Assembly (NCBI RefSeq): GCF_018350175.1
Contig: NC_058368.1
Location: 204,292,001 to 204,356,000 of the forward strand
Length of the DNA stretch: 64,000 bases
Direction of reading: 5' to 3'
Origin: Felis catus
Taxonomy: Eukaryota
In this document: positions 63,159 to 64,000 of the stretch, piece after piece
Position numbering within the stretch: position 1 is the first letter of the stretch
How the letters are laid out: each line of letters opens with the position of its first letter
Notes under the pieces: generated by a model
What the model was told of the DNA's origin: nothing
The model's input: the letters and a program-made list of their open reading frames with translations, nothing else
The model's database searches: none
Position numbers and translations under genes: made by a program

Positions 63159-63409
63159 TGATTTAACAATTTTTAAAGTCCCTTAAAGTCAATAGCTGTG
63201 AATAATCCATATATCTATGATGAGTGACTGACTGACTTATTTAAACGTTTTTGGGTGGCCAGGAATGGATTAGGTACTTGAATTCTGATTTGTGGACCAT
63301 ATTACTAATTGTCATTGTATTTTATCTTATAGTTCTTTACAACAGAAGGATCTTATTTGAGTTTTCTTTACCTTTAATAATCATTTCTTAAATCTAAAGA
63401 GGTCCAGGG

Positions 63410-63534
63410 TTTTGTTTGTTTTTGCTTTTTAAAGATTTTATTTTAAGTAATCTCTGTGCCCAGCATGGGGCTCAAACTCATGACTCCGAGATCAAGAGTC
63501 GCACGTTCCATCAACTGAGCCAGCCAGGCACCCC
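63410..63534 (-). mobile_element. Short old SINEC
   Basis: AAGTAATCTCTGTGCCCAGCATGGGGCTC...CAGCCAGGCACCCC. Confidence 0.85.
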
Positions 63535-63647
63535 TGAAAAGGTCTAGTTTTAAATCAGGTGCAAATCTTTGTAAAAGACAGTAATTTTAAATAATAGTAT
63601 TCCATTCATACTACAATGACTACTTTCACGTATTAAAATTGCCCCTA

Positions 63648-63793
63648 ATATAGTCCGTGGTATTGTAATAGCATTGTGTGGTGACAGATGGTAGCTACAC
63701 TTGTGAGCAGAGCATATTGCATGGAGTTGTCGAATCTCTATGTTGTACACCTGAAACCAATGTAACATTGTGTGTCAGCTATACTTTAATTAA

Positions 63794-63835
<42 letters not shown>
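63648..63835 (+). mobile_element. Short L1 3' end with (AAT)13 tail
   Basis: GTGACAGATGGTAGCTACACTTGTGAG...TGTACACCTGAAACCAATGTAACATTGTGTGTCAGCTATACT; (AAT)13 at 63794-63832. Confidence 0.88.
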
Positions 63836-63989
63836 CTTGGCTGCCCTAAGTAAAATATACTAAACTTAGAACCTAAATTAACATTTTGGGTGATAGTTGA
63901 ACTTTTAATGTTGATGTCTTAAGTTTGAACTTGACAATCTGGAATTTATAACCTAAAACAACATTTTTTTTCTGTTTTTCTTTCTCAAG

Positions 63990-64000
63990 CTCTTTCACCA
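63990..64000 (+). other. HMGCS1: Start of HMGCS1 first coding exon (10 nt UTR plus A of ATG at 64000)
   Basis: Long pyrimidine tract then ctcaag|CTCTTTCACCA, the recalled sequence before the HMGCS1 ATG; CCL28-HMGCS1 neighbourhood matches human 5p12; TG of the codon is outside the window. Confidence 0.9.

Noticed and set aside
51350..64000. SC5D or another SREBP target as the downstream gene
   Set aside because: Optional exon, CTCTTTCACCA context and CCL28 neighbour all point to HMGCS1
1..64000. tRNA genes, CRISPR arrays or prokaryotic systems
   Set aside because: A/B boxes all belong to tRNA-derived SINEs; repeats are dispersed, not a repeat-spacer array; DNA is mammalian

Overview
Mammalian (felid, domestic-cat-like) genomic DNA, identified by ~43 carnivore tRNA-derived SINEC/CAN-SINE copies including the young feline subfamily. 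Two + strand genes in tandem: (1) the 3' part of the mucosal chemokine gene CCL28 (exon 2 at 16414-16540, exon 3 CDS at 23582-23774; exon 1 lies upstream of the window) and (2) the 5' end of HMGCS1 (cytosolic HMG-CoA synthase): sterol-regulated CpG-island promoter (~51350-52250), non-coding exon 1 (~51780-51838), optional 61-nt 5'UTR exon (57814-57874) and the first coding exon, which starts at 63990 with the A of the ATG as the last base of the window. The rest is intron/intergenic DNA rich in SINE, L1, L2, MIR, LTR and DNA-transposon remnants. Nearly all ORFs in the supplied track are spurious, and the track misses the real exons. Best leads: a possible CUG-initiated N-terminal extension of HMGCS1 encoded by its 'non-coding' optional exon; an intronic CpG island in CCL28 with overlapping sense and antisense ORFs; inverted L1 copies bracketing CCL28 exon 2; a ~31-bp phased CCAAT array; and a His-depleted CCL28 tail. 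Human comparisons are from memory and need verifying. Repeat subfamily names are by eye, not from a database search.
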